Shown here: positions 38,764 to 52,194 of the stretch, one piece after another
Layout of the letters: each line of letters opens with the position of its first letter
Numbering within the stretch: position 1 is the stretch's first letter
Source: Podarcis cretensis
Lineage: Eukaryota
DNA length: 64,000 nt
NCBI GenBank assembly: GCA_951804945.1
Contig: OX638159.1
Location: forward strand, 16,368,001 to 16,432,000
Reading direction: 5' to 3'
The notes under the pieces: generated by a model
What the model was told of the DNA's origin: nothing
Seen by the model: only the letters and a program-made list of their open reading frames with translations
Database searches by the model: none
Program-made: the position numbers and the translations under genes

Positions 38764-39154
38764 GGTAAAGGTAAAAAAAGGTAAAGGACCCCTGGATGGT
38801 TAGGTCCAATCAAAGGCGACTATGCAGTTGCAACACTCATCCTGCTTTCAGGCCGAGGGAGCCAGCGTTCGTCCACAGACAGGTTTCCGGGTCATGTGGC
38901 CAGCAGGACTAAATCACTTCTAGTGCAACGGGGCACCATGATGGAAACCAGAGAACACGGAAATGCTGTTTACCTTCCCGCAGCAGTGGTACCTATTTAT
39001 CTACTTGCACTGGTGTGCTTTTGAACTGCTAGGTTGGCAGGAGCTGGAACAGAGCAATGAGAGCTCTCCCTGTCATGGGGATTCGAACCACCAACCTTCT
39101 GACTGGCAATCCCAAGAAGCTAAGTGGTTTAGACCACAGCGCCACCAGCATCCC
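38764..39154 (-). mobile_element. Sauria SINE with TSD
   Basis: Head and tail as in the other copies; TSD TAGGACACGCA (38753-38763) / TAGGACATGCA (39155-39165). Confidence 0.9.
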
Positions 39155-40432
39155 TAGGACATGCATAAGCATCCAAAGGCACAACCAGCACGCCACATTA
39201 TTGTACATCTACGCCCCATCAAACAGCATTCTCAACCCCATGGCAGGAGCTCTAAGCATGTGCAAATGTACTACAGACTGGTTCAGAACTTGCAGCAGTA
39301 GGCAGTGAGGTCACTAAATGCTCAGCGTCCATAGGACAGGACCAGTCCAATGATTATTGCTAACTCTTTCATACATTCTGGTCCCACAGGTATTAAAACC
39401 TCAGTATGGCTTTTGCAGCACACAATCTCTGCTCATAATGTATTCTTAGACAATAAACAACGAACACAAGGCAGCAATGTGGGACTTTGGACATAAAAAC
39501 AAAAATGTTATCTTTTGTTGACAGACATAAACATTAATTAAAGCAACCAATGCTGACCTTATCAAAACTTGTATCTGACCCAATCTTGTCAGCAGTGATT
39601 AGTCTCATGCTAACTTGTGGCTATGAATAAACTTGATTGCTTTTATCGATTCTGCTTGCAGTGTTAATAGATAACAGGCATTAAATGCAGTAGGAGCAGT
39701 GCACTAGGAAATCATTTTCACACATGTATATATTTTTGCATTCTGTCACATACCTTATAATCTGGCTCATGGCACATAAAGTAGAATATAAATTTGCAAG
39801 GCAAATTGTTAACTCATTTGGTATGGAGGGCTGCCATAACCAGCATTAGGTCTTCACTGACGATCTCAAATAAAGGAAAATATACCTTAAGCATTTGCTA
39901 ATGTTAATATAATGAAGAGTATTTTAAGGGCATAGAATGAAGGCTAAGGCATCAAATGTCAAAACTGTATTTTGAAAAAAATGCAAGCTAACGTATCTAT
40001 GAATATATAGAAAAGAGAGCTCAAAAAATATTTTTAAAATAACAGTATACTTGAAGAGCCGTAGAGTAATATTCTTTATAAATGCAATAGCATTTTGTTT
40101 TTTAAAAAAATGCTGGCCACAAATAATAGAAAACTGTGGTGCACATAAACAAAAACAAGTACTATATCAGAAAAGAAGCAAAGACTAGTCCTTCTGTTTC
40201 TAGGCATTCCAAAAGAAGTTATGTTAAAAGTATTAGCAACTTTAGGAAATTTAGGATATACATAACATTAGAGACCTGCAATAAACATTTTATGAAAAAG
40301 CTATAAGTTAATTACTGCTTGCAGAAACAAAACAAACCTATCAATATAAAAGTTTAAGCTTTTCAGAATATTTATTTGGATTATGTTTTACAACAGTTTC
40401 ACATTAAAATTAGTTGATGAATTCACCTAGGA

Positions 40433-40619
40433 TAGAGCTTTCCAAATCTTTTATGTTGGTGACACACTTTTTAAACTTGCATCATTTCACGACACAGTAA
40501 TTTAGTTTTACTAGCAAACTGGGAGTTAAACTAACCCTTTTCCAGCTTTGGGAGGAGCGTGGGGAGCATTCACACAACACACTGACTAATGTGTCACACA
40601 CAATGTTTGGAAAGCTTTG
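40433..40619. mobile_element. hAT-type MITE
   Basis: TIRs AGAGCTTTCCAAA / TTTGGAAAGCTTTG; 8-bp TSD ACCTAGGA / ACCTAGGG. Confidence 0.75.
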
Positions 40620-41864
40620 ACCTAGGGATTTTCCCAAACAGTTCTTTTAACAGAACAGAGTTCATCCTCCTCAGAGATAGCATACCTTGTGCTTTTATTT
40701 TTAAAAATTCAAAATAGACTGCACATATTCTCAAAGGGCATAGCCAGACCATTTTTTTCTTGCATGATCTACTACAGAAAGCCATGGAAAAAAGTGGCCC
40801 ACCGGACACATTTCATGATCCAGAGCCTACAAATACAATAGAAGTATACAGAATGAGGATATGTCATCACTGCAGCATGCTCTGCCCTGCTGTACATACC
40901 CTTGGATATTTGCAAGAAGGCAACTTACATGACTGGAACTCTAGGGCACAATGAGGAACCAGTGAATGAATGAAATTACTTTTTAAAAAGCATCTGATAT
41001 TTGGCATTTGAAATAGAAAATAATGCTATATACACTAATTTAATAGTGGTAAACAAACCTATACATTATGCACAGAAAACACTTTGATAATTTCATACCA
41101 ATTTGATATCAAAGTTCTCAATTGTTATTCATATCAATCTAACTTTTCTTAATGCTACTTAAAAAAAAGAAAAAAGATGCCCCATGTCATTAAACTCTCA
41201 CATTCATTTCCTTTAATGTGAACAGAATCTGCTTTAGAGACAGCCTGCTTCATCATTAAAAGGATCCAACAAAGGCATTGCCTTAGAAACCCTAACAATC
41301 AAAGACTTTTTGTTGTAATTAATATTTTTTTCAAGATAAATCATCCTATTAAAATATGTAAATTGGCTCTGGTTTCAGGTTATCTGAAACCTTCTGAAAG
41401 TGAATTTGGAAGCTAATTCCTTGCTGTGAGCAGTAATTTGAAGGGAAATGAATGATGAGTGTATTTTTATTAACATAAGCAAAAAAAAGATTTCAGTCCT
41501 TTAACCATGTTCCTTATAGAGTACTTATTGAATTATTTAAATCTGACTGCACCCCCTTTTGAAACTGGATAGTACTGATAAAGGGTGCTTATCTGTCATT
41601 ACAAAAATGGATTGTCATTGGTACCATTGTCTAAGGAAGCACCTAGGAGTTATACTGCATTCAATAATCCAAGTTTTACAGCTATTTCAATTCCATTTCT
41701 CCTAAAATAAAATCTGCGGCTATGGACTTAATGAGGCACTTTGTTAAAGTTATTCTCTATAGTAAAAATTAAGAGAAAAGGGGGGGGGGAGAAAGTTCTA
41801 CAGCTTAATTGCAACATGTGTTATGAAGCACTTTACAGTGATTGACTGGAGAGAGAGGGTGTGA

Positions 41865-41866
<2 letters not shown>

Positions 41867-41899
<33 letters not shown>
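41867..41899. repeat. (TG)n microsatellite
   Basis: Direct reading. Confidence 0.95.
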
Positions 41900-41900
<1 letters not shown>

Positions 41901-42251
41901 AAACTCTGTGCCAAAAAAAGGCTTACATACTACATGAGCAGACTTTACATCCCAACTGGTATTAATGGTTTCTTTTACATTATATACTGTTAGTCATTGA
42001 AAGCTAACCAGATATTATGCATGGATTCTGTCATGAAAGACTTAAAAGACACTGATTGCTGGGTAGCTTTTTGTTGCCGATTACCCTAATTTACTACCTT
42101 CAGAAACCATCATTAATGGTCCCTATTACATCAAAGTACATTAAAGTTAAAATATATATAGGGTAGGAGCCAGATACATCTGTGGGATTTGAGAATATAA
42201 TCACCCGGCAATGTTGCATTGATTTCAACTGGAGCACAAGCACACTTAATA

Positions 42252-42886
42252 CAGTGGTACCTTGGTTCTCAAACACCTTGGTTCTCAAACACCCAAAACC
42301 CGGAAGTGTTTTTCTGAAGCCGAACATCCGATGCGGCTGTCGGCTATTGCTTCCGGGGCACCTGCAGCAATCAGAAGCTGTGCCTTGGTTTTTGAACATT
42401 TCGGAAGTCAAACAGACTTCCAGAATGGATTAAGTTCGGCACTTTTGTTTTTGCTATTTATTTTTCATTTTTGATTTTGAGGCTTTTTCGGTTAATTTGT
42501 TTTTGTGACTGGGTGGAACCCAGTTCAGCTACTGACTGATTGACTGATTGTGTGACTGTGGAAATGGATAAAAGCCCCCCATCCAAACAATGACTATCAT
42601 CAGTGCAAGTAAGAAAAAAAAATAATTTTAATTTTAATCATCTACAATACTGTCATTTATTTTATAGTACAGTACATTGATTATTGCTTCAGTTTATGGA
42701 TCAATGGTCTCATTATTCAGTAAAGTTCATGTTAAATTGCTGTTTTAGGGGTTGTTTTCAAGAGTTTGAAACAGATTAATCCATTTTGCATTACTTTCTA
42801 TGGGAAAGTGTGCCTTGGTTTTGGAACGCTTTGGTTTTGGAACAGACTTCTGGAATGGATTAAGTTTGAGAACCAAGATACCACTG
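42252..42886. mobile_element. pogo-like MITE (long subtype), uninterrupted
   Basis: CAGTGGTACCTTGG / CCAAGATACCACTG with TA flanks; gives the empty-site sequence for the L1 insertion at 1887-6230. Confidence 0.9.
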
Positions 42887-44755
42887 TATTTTGGACTGCA
42901 TTCATAATATTCAGCCGCTGCTACAGAACAAGACAAATAAACCCAGACAAAAATATTGCTGGGGTGGGGGGATAAATTTCTTTTCTCTTAATGCCCTTTT
43001 CCTATATAACTTTTTGACCACATTGAGCATGATTCTTTAAAGCCTTGTATTCAAACCTTGTATTCTGCCTAACTGACAGAATACAGTTAGGAAACAGTTG
43101 TTATTTACAATATCTGTCTGGTGAAGAAAAAAAAAGATTAAGAGATCAAGTTTCCCTTGACTTCCAAACTAGTCGAGCCACAGCTGGTGCATCAGATTTT
43201 GAGCAACTGTTTCACATACACACAACAAGACTTCTGTCTTTCCGTGGGGTTTGCTCAGGTCATCTGCATGTGGTGTGGATTAAAGTAGCAATAAAGCTCT
43301 ATTATAAAAGTAGGCTAAACAGTGAATTTATACACCAAACTCCTGTGACACTGGTAAATTCTGTCATCTGACACTCTCTTCAGAGGGGTTTCCGTATCTT
43401 GCACACAGAGAAAGGTCTCTTTTAAGTACAATTGAAAACAGTCCAAAATCTGTGATTAATCCTGTGTACTCTCAGGCTGAATATAAATAATGCATAGGAA
43501 AGTTCAAGATAAATGTAATGTTATGTGGGAGAAAAAATGTTTTGAGAAGTACTACCTTCCAAATGTACCTTTCAATGGTATCTTCAATTTACACACAGGC
43601 CTCTGTCATCAATGAATTGTCCCTTAAAACTACTAAAGCTTAAACAAGTAAAGTACCAATCTGGCTAGCAAGATTACTTTTTTTGCATTTGTCAAAGCTT
43701 TGCTAGTGTGTACTGGGCCTTGGAAGCTTTTTTATTTCAGCACTGTGAGAAGGAGATGTGTATGACAGGAGAGATGTGCAAATTTATGACATACAGCTGT
43801 GAAAATGTGCTTTGAGTTTAAAGGAAAATTCAAATGCTGAGGTTCATATTTTAAAAGAATATCTTTGTTAAATAGGTGAAGCACGCCTCCATACTATGAA
43901 CTTAGTGAACACACATTTCTTCCATTTGGTACACCTTTCAAATTAGCCCACCAAAGTATTGCTAGCCTGCTGGGAACTGATAGAGAAACAAAGAGCTCCA
44001 TCCTTTTTGAGACAACCCGATGCATTTTTATGCTGAAAATGGGGAAAGTGTGTGTCCCTTCTCCGGTGGCAAGCTTGGTTTCTATGCTAGCTGCATAGTA
44101 GAATAGAGTACTCTGTCCCTCCTCCACCAGCTTACTCATTTGTCACCTATGGCTACCATGTTTGATTACAACATTGGAGTAGCAGACATTCGTCATAAGA
44201 GATTGGCATATCATTCATGATGTGCTTCAACACAGTTATTTTTTCTCACGGTTTTCTGCGTATGTATGTACTGCAGTAACAGTTCAATGAGTGGAGTTCA
44301 TATCCTTATCATAGTCTAATCTAGAATACCAAAGTATCTATGAGAGGGAGCCAATTAAGCAATTTGCCCTTTAGACATCCTCCTGTTAAAAGGAAGAAGT
44401 TGGCAGCTGCCCAGATGAGCCACGGAGAGGAACCCCCCTCCCTTTAGACCTTCTCTCACGAGTGAGGTAGGGGCAGTCCAGGTGGTCTATGGAGGAACCC
44501 GCTATAGACTTCCTCCCAAGTAGAGGAAAGAGGTGGCAGCAGGTTGCCCAGGCAACCATGGAGTCCTACTTGGGAGTGAAGGATCAATTGGTGGCATCCA
44601 TAAAGTGGACAGTGGTGGCAGCAGAACAATTGCAGAGGACTGTTGTGACTGTTCCTCTGCAGATTGCCTGGGCTTCCTGCCACCAGCACTGCCCTCCAAT
44701 GCTACTGCGAAGGCCTGGCAGCTCTCTGAAGGTTGTCATCAGTCAATAGTTTTCT

Positions 44756-46586
44756 TTTTTTCTTTTTTTTATAAAATTTTTATTAGGTTTTCACATTTTA
44801 TACACACACACACAACAAAAACAAAAACAAAACATATATAATTTCATACTCTTACTTTCTTTACCCTCTTTCCTTGACTTCCCCCCACCCCCTCTTCATA
44901 CATCCCAATTCCAATAATTAATTCTGCAAGTTCTTATCTCTCATCTTTAACATATTATTATTATTTTTAAAACTTAACTCTTTTTACTTATCCACATTTA
45001 ACTTATCCAATTCTCTTATAAACATTAAATCTTTTTTCTAAGGTCGACCTAATTTCTCTCCAACGAATTTCTCCCTTTATATTTTAATTAATTATATGTC
45101 ATAATGGCCAAATACAAAAATCATAAAATTTTAAAATTCTGTTCTCCCCTCCCTCCCTACCCCGGTTTCCATCCCTTATGTCCACAGAAACAGTTCCTAG
45201 CCCGGATTCCTCACATCCGAGGCCTTCAAGTCTCTGTCAGTCTCTCTCCGCCGATTTTGTTGGTAACCCTTTTTGTTGGTCCTCAGGTCTCGAAGGAGTT
45301 CAGTCGCAGTCACACCAAGTTTTCTTCCATCCAAAATACTTAAAAGCAGGTGCTGCAAAAGGTCAGCTGCTCTCCCATACTCAAAGAGGAAGTCCCAATC
45401 ATATTTCTTTATTCTTTTAAATTCCAGTATTCCAGGTACTCCAGGGACTTCCGCCTTCATCTTTCTCATCTTTCGCAGATTTGTAATCCGAAGATCTTCT
45501 TCTTTATTTCCTGACAATATAGGCTTCTGATTGGTATTTTCCTTTTCCGCTCCTTCTTTCCTCTCCACCTGTTCCAAAAATGTCTCTTCTGGTTCAGCTG
45601 CAGATTTCTTATTAGTCAAATCCTTTATGCATTCAGCAGAGTTGTTTGTTTTAGAATTCAAGGTCATAAGTTCTTTGTTCATAGCCGTACTCTGCTCTTG
45701 CAGGATTCCCACGAGAAAAAAATTTTTTCTATCTCTGCCAGTAATTTTCCCTCTGCAGCCATTGTAATGTCTCTAGTTCCCCCTAGGGGGATTCCAATTA
45801 CTTGATAGTCCTTTTCCAATAGTCCGTTACTTATTGTTTATAGCTACGTTGTTTCCAACCACCTCAGTTCAAATGCAACACTTTTAATTCAGAGAGTTAT
45901 TAAGTAACAAAGTTCTTAACTTTAACCGCCCGTTTGACAGCTCCTTTGACAGCTGTCAAACTCCTTATTCTTTTTCCTCCGGCTTACGCACAGGACACTC
46001 CCAGGTTCGGGGGGGGGGGGTTTACACAAAAGCTTCCAAAATTCCTCACTTTCTCTCCAGCACAAAGACTTCTTCTGTCAAATTCATTGAAGTATCTTTT
46101 ATCTGACACCAAAAACAATACTCTCCACCTTAGTTCTCCAATCCTTGCTTTAGATCGTTTGTAGGTGGGGGGGGGTGCGGACTTCCCTTTAGCACGTCCC
46201 CCGATTGTACCGAATTCAAAGGTATAAATTTTAAAGTCCAGATTCCAATCTACTCACGGGTTGTTTATTTTCCAGTCCGAATTTTGGGAAAAAAGTCAGC
46301 GCTCTCCGGCCATGGCTCGCGGCTACGCTCCACTGAAGTAGCGGTCTACTCACAGCACCACGCCGCTCCCCGTACCCTCTCCGTAGCCTTTAAAAAGGCT
46401 CTTCGTGGGTCGGGGAAGGCGCTTAAAGGTGCCCGCCGAGTCACCAAGTCCGCAGGCTTCCGCGCCTGCGGTTTCTAAGGGTCCCCGCGTCGCCGGCGCG
46501 GTAAGACCCGTCCTCAGCAGAGCCGATTCCCTCCGGAGCTCGGAGGGAATCCGCCATTAATCCGATCGCGCTAACCCGGAAGCTTC
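44756..46586 (-). mobile_element. Non-autonomous L1 derivative (half-L1/HAL1-like), ~1.83 kb
   Basis: 5' end is homologous to the L1 5' UTR at 5890-6230; 3' end is homologous to the L1 3' UTR at 13220-13441; AATAAA and A tail; 19-bp TSD CATCAGTCAATAGTTTTCT (44737-44755, 46587-46605); no EN or RT sequence. Confidence 0.85.
45197..45762 (-). pseudogene. Short coiled-coil ORF of the half-L1-like element (one apparent frameshift)
   Basis: ATG in good context (ACAATGG) at 45762 gives MAAEGKLLAEIEKIF. It joins the 171-codon open frame (45712-45197) only with a 1-nt shift in the A6/T7 homopolymer. Confidence 0.55.
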
Positions 46587-49129
46587 CATCAGTCAATAGT
46601 TTTCTGTGACCAAGCAAACTGCAGCATGGCGACACTCACATTTGAGTGTGTAAATGTGTGTAAATGTTAAGGAATCTTTCATAGACTGTAGTCCTACTTA
46701 TCTGAAAGTTAGTTTCATTGAACCGAATGCATCTTAATTCTGAGACAACACGCAAAGGATTGCACTATTAATATGTTATGCTGTATTTTCATTATTCTGC
46801 TTTGGACAGGAATCCCTAACATACTTCCTAGGAAGTAAATGCAGTGGGAAAGTGGGAATACTCCAGTCTCGCTCTATGGGAAGAAAAACTGTGCCAACTG
46901 CTTTGTTTTATCTGTATGCACCAACAATCTCTGCAACTATACGCCATAAATATAAATATGGCTGGATTTTATGCTCCTATAATAGCCATTACATGTCTAA
47001 ATGGCGTGGGTTTATCTATTGCTGCCCATGCAGAATGTAATTCCACACATGCATCTTTCTATTCTCCCCACTGCACCCCCTGTGGGCCTTCAAAATTTGC
47101 TCCAGAGGGCTGGGGGACCCTCTGGAACAGATTTTACAGCCACACAAAGGCTGCAGGAGGGAGAAGATGAAAGCCTGTCTCCTGAGCAGAAATCTGCTTG
47201 CAGAACACTGGATTCCACCCAAAACTATTAAGTACTGTTCTATAAAAATAGAGCAATGGTGAAACTAGAAAACAACTATATTGAGTAATTTTCAAAAATA
47301 ATTGCTCAGCTCTCCCATACTATCTTACAAACATTAAAAAGCCAGTTTTATGTGACTGTCATTTTTTAAAAAGTGATTATTTTAATGAAGGTGACTTATC
47401 TGCAGAAAAAAATTCAATAATTAAAATCCACTAAAGTCATTAATGATGCTCTGCAGCCCAAGAACACCCTTTAACAATAGTTCATGAAAAGCTCCCAGGC
47501 ATCACTTTCAAAGTACTTCTCTAATAGAACACAATGCCTTTTACTCACCCCACCCGCCATGTCTGAATGACTCAGAAACAAGGGTGTGTTTTTTTAAAAA
47601 ATAAAATGGTTAAATAAAGCTCTTTCTCTTCAAAGTTGCCTTTTACAGAATAGAAACAGGCTGTCTAGCTCAGCCCTACACTTGTGAAGCCTTTATTCAT
47701 CTAACAACTCTAACCCATTCAGCTGTGTTGTCACAGTGATCACTTTTCCTAGGAGGCTGGATCTAGTCAATGGAAAGAATGTCTGAAGCAGATAGCCTAG
47801 ACAGGCTCCGTTTCTGGGTTCAGGCCTGGTGGTGTGTCAACATTCTCCTCGATTTTTTCCTTTACCACTGACAATGATCACAAATTTACTGAACATGTTT
47901 TACCATGATTGCTTCCCTAGTTAGAAATCATCGATGGCAATTCTCAGGAATCATTAGAGACTTGCACTGACTTGATTCAAGTGTGTTAGTAGCTCCAAAT
48001 TGTAAGGCTTTTTGGGAAATTTGCATATTTCAACATGCATTACTTTAATCATATTTTACAGTCATTATAAGTAAAAGTGAGGTTAGCCAAAATGGTAAAT
48101 CTAGGAGAGTGTGATAAATTATGTGTTGTCTGTATAATATAGGAAGTAGTGATTATAACAGTAAGAACTCATATTTCTGTTCTTAATAATGCTCATGATA
48201 TAAAAAGTAGAATCTTTAAATGAAACTACTCTTAGTTTGATATCACCAAATAACTGAGTAGTTTAATTGATATAAATTGATTTCAATTGATCTACTCTGA
48301 ATATGCCTTACCTGGCTATCACCCTCTCTTATAAATTGTAACACAACTAAACAGCAAAACACAGTTTCAGATTTCTCAGTGGATTATATGATCCTCCTGG
48401 AAGCAAATTTTGTTGACACCTTTTTCCAAATGTATATAAATAAATAAAGTTTTTTTAATAGATTAGTGACAGCTAACTGAATAAACAAGATAAATTATTT
48501 AACACAATTCCACTGGCAATGACAAAGAAACTGCTTTTGTTTTCCTTTTACCACTGCAAACACCCTTGTGAGTTATAACATCAATTATTCAATTAATGTA
48601 GTGTAAGTCAGGGTTAATTAAGATAACTTCGCTAAATCTGAGCTGCTAGTTCATTCAAATCCTGCAAGCAAGCCCAGAAAGGCTTCTGATTTAAGCTATC
48701 AAGTTGCTGAGGCTTAGCAAAGTTTTTCAACCTATCTTCTCCCATGCCAGAAAGCTAAACAACAAATCCCCAGATGAAAACTTATGAACAAAGTAGAATA
48801 ATATTTCTGACTACATCTTGGATATTGTGACACTAAATAAAAGAAAACATTTCTGCAAATGTATAGGATCAGATTTGATTCAAGTATTAAAACATAACTA
48901 GTCTACAGTAGTTCTATGACTAGATGGGATGGTGGGGTTTAAAGATTGAGATCTTTTCTCTTTTGAACTGCCAAAGATTTAAATGAGGAACTATAGACTG
49001 GACCTCCTTTTTCCACAACTTGTGGAACCACATTCTTTCCTCTGAAAATTCAGCAAAGACCTATTGGAAAGTGAATGAAAGAGAATGGAGGCTAATTGAA
49101 TGAAGTACAAAATGTCCACAAACCACTCA

Positions 49130-49620
49130 GATATTTTAAGACTCTCACTTCTTAATCTTCTCTTCTGCAGGCAAAACATACCCAGCTTTTTCAACTCTTC
49201 TACAAGCCTTTTTTTTTCATGGGTTACCAGACCACTCTTTGGACATGCTCTGGTTTATCCAGATTCTTCCAAAAATGTGGCACCCAGAACTTGATAAAGT
49301 ATTTCATATGTATGCAAAAAAAAGGGGGGGGGACTGTTACTTCCTGTAATTTAGACATTGTGTTTCTGTTGATACAGACAAATATTGCAATAGCTTTTCT
49401 AACAGCTGCACTACACCACTGGCTCATGTTCAGCTTGTATTCCACTAAGTCACCTAGATTGTGTGCACTGCCACAAGCTCAGTGTCCTTCATCCTATAGT
49501 AGGGCTTTTCATTTATTTGTTCCTAAATGCAAGGCATGGCATTCATCTCCAGAGTGTTTCATCTTCCTGGTTTCAGTTCAGAGTTCCAGACTATCATTTT
49601 GAGTATTGATTCTGTCTTCT
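49130..49620 (-). mobile_element. CR1 LINE ORF2 fragment (degenerate)
   Basis: Minus-strand peptides KLNMSQWCSAAVRKA, FWVPHFWKNLDKPEHVQR and KLGMFCLQKRRLR, typical of the CR1 ORF2 C-terminus. Confidence 0.8.
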
Positions 49621-51878
49621 ATGGTGTCTGTCAGAACTGGACTGAGGACAACAGTGTGAGGTGAGCCAGGAGCCAGGAATCATGAGAGAGGCTAGAAGTC
49701 AGAATCAACAAGCAAGGAAGGACTCAATGGCTCCAATCCAACAGTATATGTGCACAACAGTAAACTGCTGCCTATATGTGACCCTAGTTAGATCATCACT
49801 GAAGACGGTGCTGGTCATCTTTCCAGGGGATCCAGGATGAATGAATTTTTCTCTCCACTTCTTGTGTTATTGCTATGATATCATCACATAGTAGCCTTCA
49901 CTGCATGCTTTTCAGGTTCAAATATCAAATGCACATAAATGAGCTAGGGATATGCATATGAAAGCTTGCTTTCAAATATATATGCCCGTAGATGGGCCAG
50001 CCAATTATATTTTGGAATCATTGTTAGGTGGTGATTCAATATATACTGTACTGCATGAATGCAAGGACACATATAACGCCTGTTTTACACACAGTCAAAA
50101 ATACAAATGCTAGAAATGGCAGGATAAGTTAAATAGCACTACCCTGAGATTCATTACTGGGATAAAAAAAGAGCAGCTATCTTCAACATGGTATGTTTTG
50201 AGGGCAGTTCCCATCAACTGCAGCTAGGGATGTTGGATAATTCCAAAGGAAACAGAAACAGGAGTGGAAATTGCCAGTGTTTGTTGATTTTTATTTTTTA
50301 CTTCTGGAACAAATACTATCGGTATTCACTGCTGTCGCTTTCAGTCCACAAAACAATACATAAATGATGATCCACCCCCATTTGTAATGCGGTGGACCAG
50401 GGTCAGGTAGCATGATTAACTGTAATTAAGCACATAAAATTCCACCACAACAGACAGCAAGACGAATAACACAGTTTTTCTCAGAAGCTGAATTGCAGTG
50501 GAATGGAAAAAAATGATGCATGTGCTGAACATAAAGGAAGTAAAACAGACATTGCTTTCTTATATTCCTAGCCCCAGCCTGCATGGCCAATGATCAGGAA
50601 TGATGGAATGATCAGGAATAACATCTGGAAGCCAACAGGTTGGGGAAGGCTAAACTGGAGCAAAGCAAAAGTTCAATAATGCCTTACATTTTAATGTTAC
50701 AGCTTCCAATTTAACCTTTCATTTGATAATCCCTTCATTGCCTGATCTATGAGACTGCCAGCCAATGAAGACAGTATCAAATTAAAGGGTAAAAATGGAA
50801 CATGGAACATCAAAATGTAACTCATTGGCTAACTTACTGCATATGACCTGCACCTGTTATCTCACTATGAGCAGGATAATTAAAGCAAATCTGGACTTCT
50901 TTGGTTTAATCTGTGACTGATCCCATAATATTGTTATGAGTTTAGCTGCCTTGATCACTGTTGATCTGAGTACTGACAAAAGAACATTAATATTTCTTAA
51001 TGACTATCTATGGTAGTCTTAAAACAGTTTGCAAGAAATAATTAACTTTGGAGTTTGAAACTGAGACAGAGGCAGAAGATGAGAGAAAGCTAAAAGCTTC
51101 TAGCTGGAATTAGCTGGAACAAAGGATGCAACATTGGGGGTGGCCACACAAGTTGCTCTCTGAAAATCTGCTAGCTTTTAGAGCTCTGCTTGATTCTAAA
51201 TCTCAATTGTCTTTATTTGTATGTCATATATTGCATAAAGCAAATATTACAAGGATACTGTAAGTCTCCCATTTTTTTGTCAACTCAAGGAAAAGAAACC
51301 CAGGAGTTCTGGAAGAACTGCCTGGAAGAAGGAAGAGTGTTAACAAAGTAGACTTTCTAAGGTTGGATCTGCCAAGTTTTGCCTGAATATAGGTTTGAGC
51401 AGGCTGCATCTCCAGCTAGCCATGCATAATGGCTTCTTTGTCTAGCTGTCACATGAGCAGCGTTGTGTTACTATGATTGTTACTCCAGGCTTAAAATGGA
51501 AAGCATGCTTTCCAACAGACCACCTACTTCTGTGTTTCATAATTAATACTGTTGTACTCCTTTCATAGTTAATCAGTTTAGGAGATTAATGCAGCTCTGG
51601 AGAACTGTGATAAAAACGGTTCTGATAAATTCAGGGAGTTTCTAACATGATTATAATGACTCAAAATAAAAAGGCTTGTGTTTTTGTACCTGAGACCCAA
51701 AATTTCAAGTGTTAAGGAAGCAACATGCTGTGTACAAGCATTATACAATCGAGTGGAAGAAACAAGAATTTCAGAACTACAGCTGACTTCTTCACCCTTT
51801 GATTATGTATTATGATTCAGGTGGTCTTAAACGCTTATGGTATCTCAACTTTCCAAAAATATATGTGTCTGTTACTAG

Positions 51879-52194
51879 CAGGGTCATCCTTAGCAGACGC
51901 AGCGCTGTGGTGCAAATATCTGCCCAGCACCCCCAAATTAACACATACAATGGGGGGGGCGAAGCTGTGCACTGCCAGACATGGGGGGGGGGCGCAACTC
52001 TCCCCCATGCTGCTGCAGGAGAGCAATCCCCACAGAGGCTTGGGAAGGAAGCTGCATGCCTGCCAGCCATACAGTTGGTGGGGCGCAGGTCGGCATGCAG
52101 GGAAAGGGAAACGTCCCCCACTCACTGGGGGGCCCCTGAGAGGCCAGCACCCTGGCGCAACACACCACTAAGCCCTATGGGAAAGTCGGTTCTG
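51879..52194. mobile_element. GC-rich hAT-like non-autonomous DNA element (degenerate)
   Basis: CAGGGTCATCCTTAG ... AAGTCGGTTCTG ends and a sharply bounded GC-rich interior; no TSD confirmed. Confidence 0.45.

Noticed and set aside
47543-47548. Strong minus-strand donor G|GTGAGTAA as an extra 5' UTR exon
   Set aside because: No convincing acceptor with a pyrimidine tract at a suitable distance; not supportable without RNA data.
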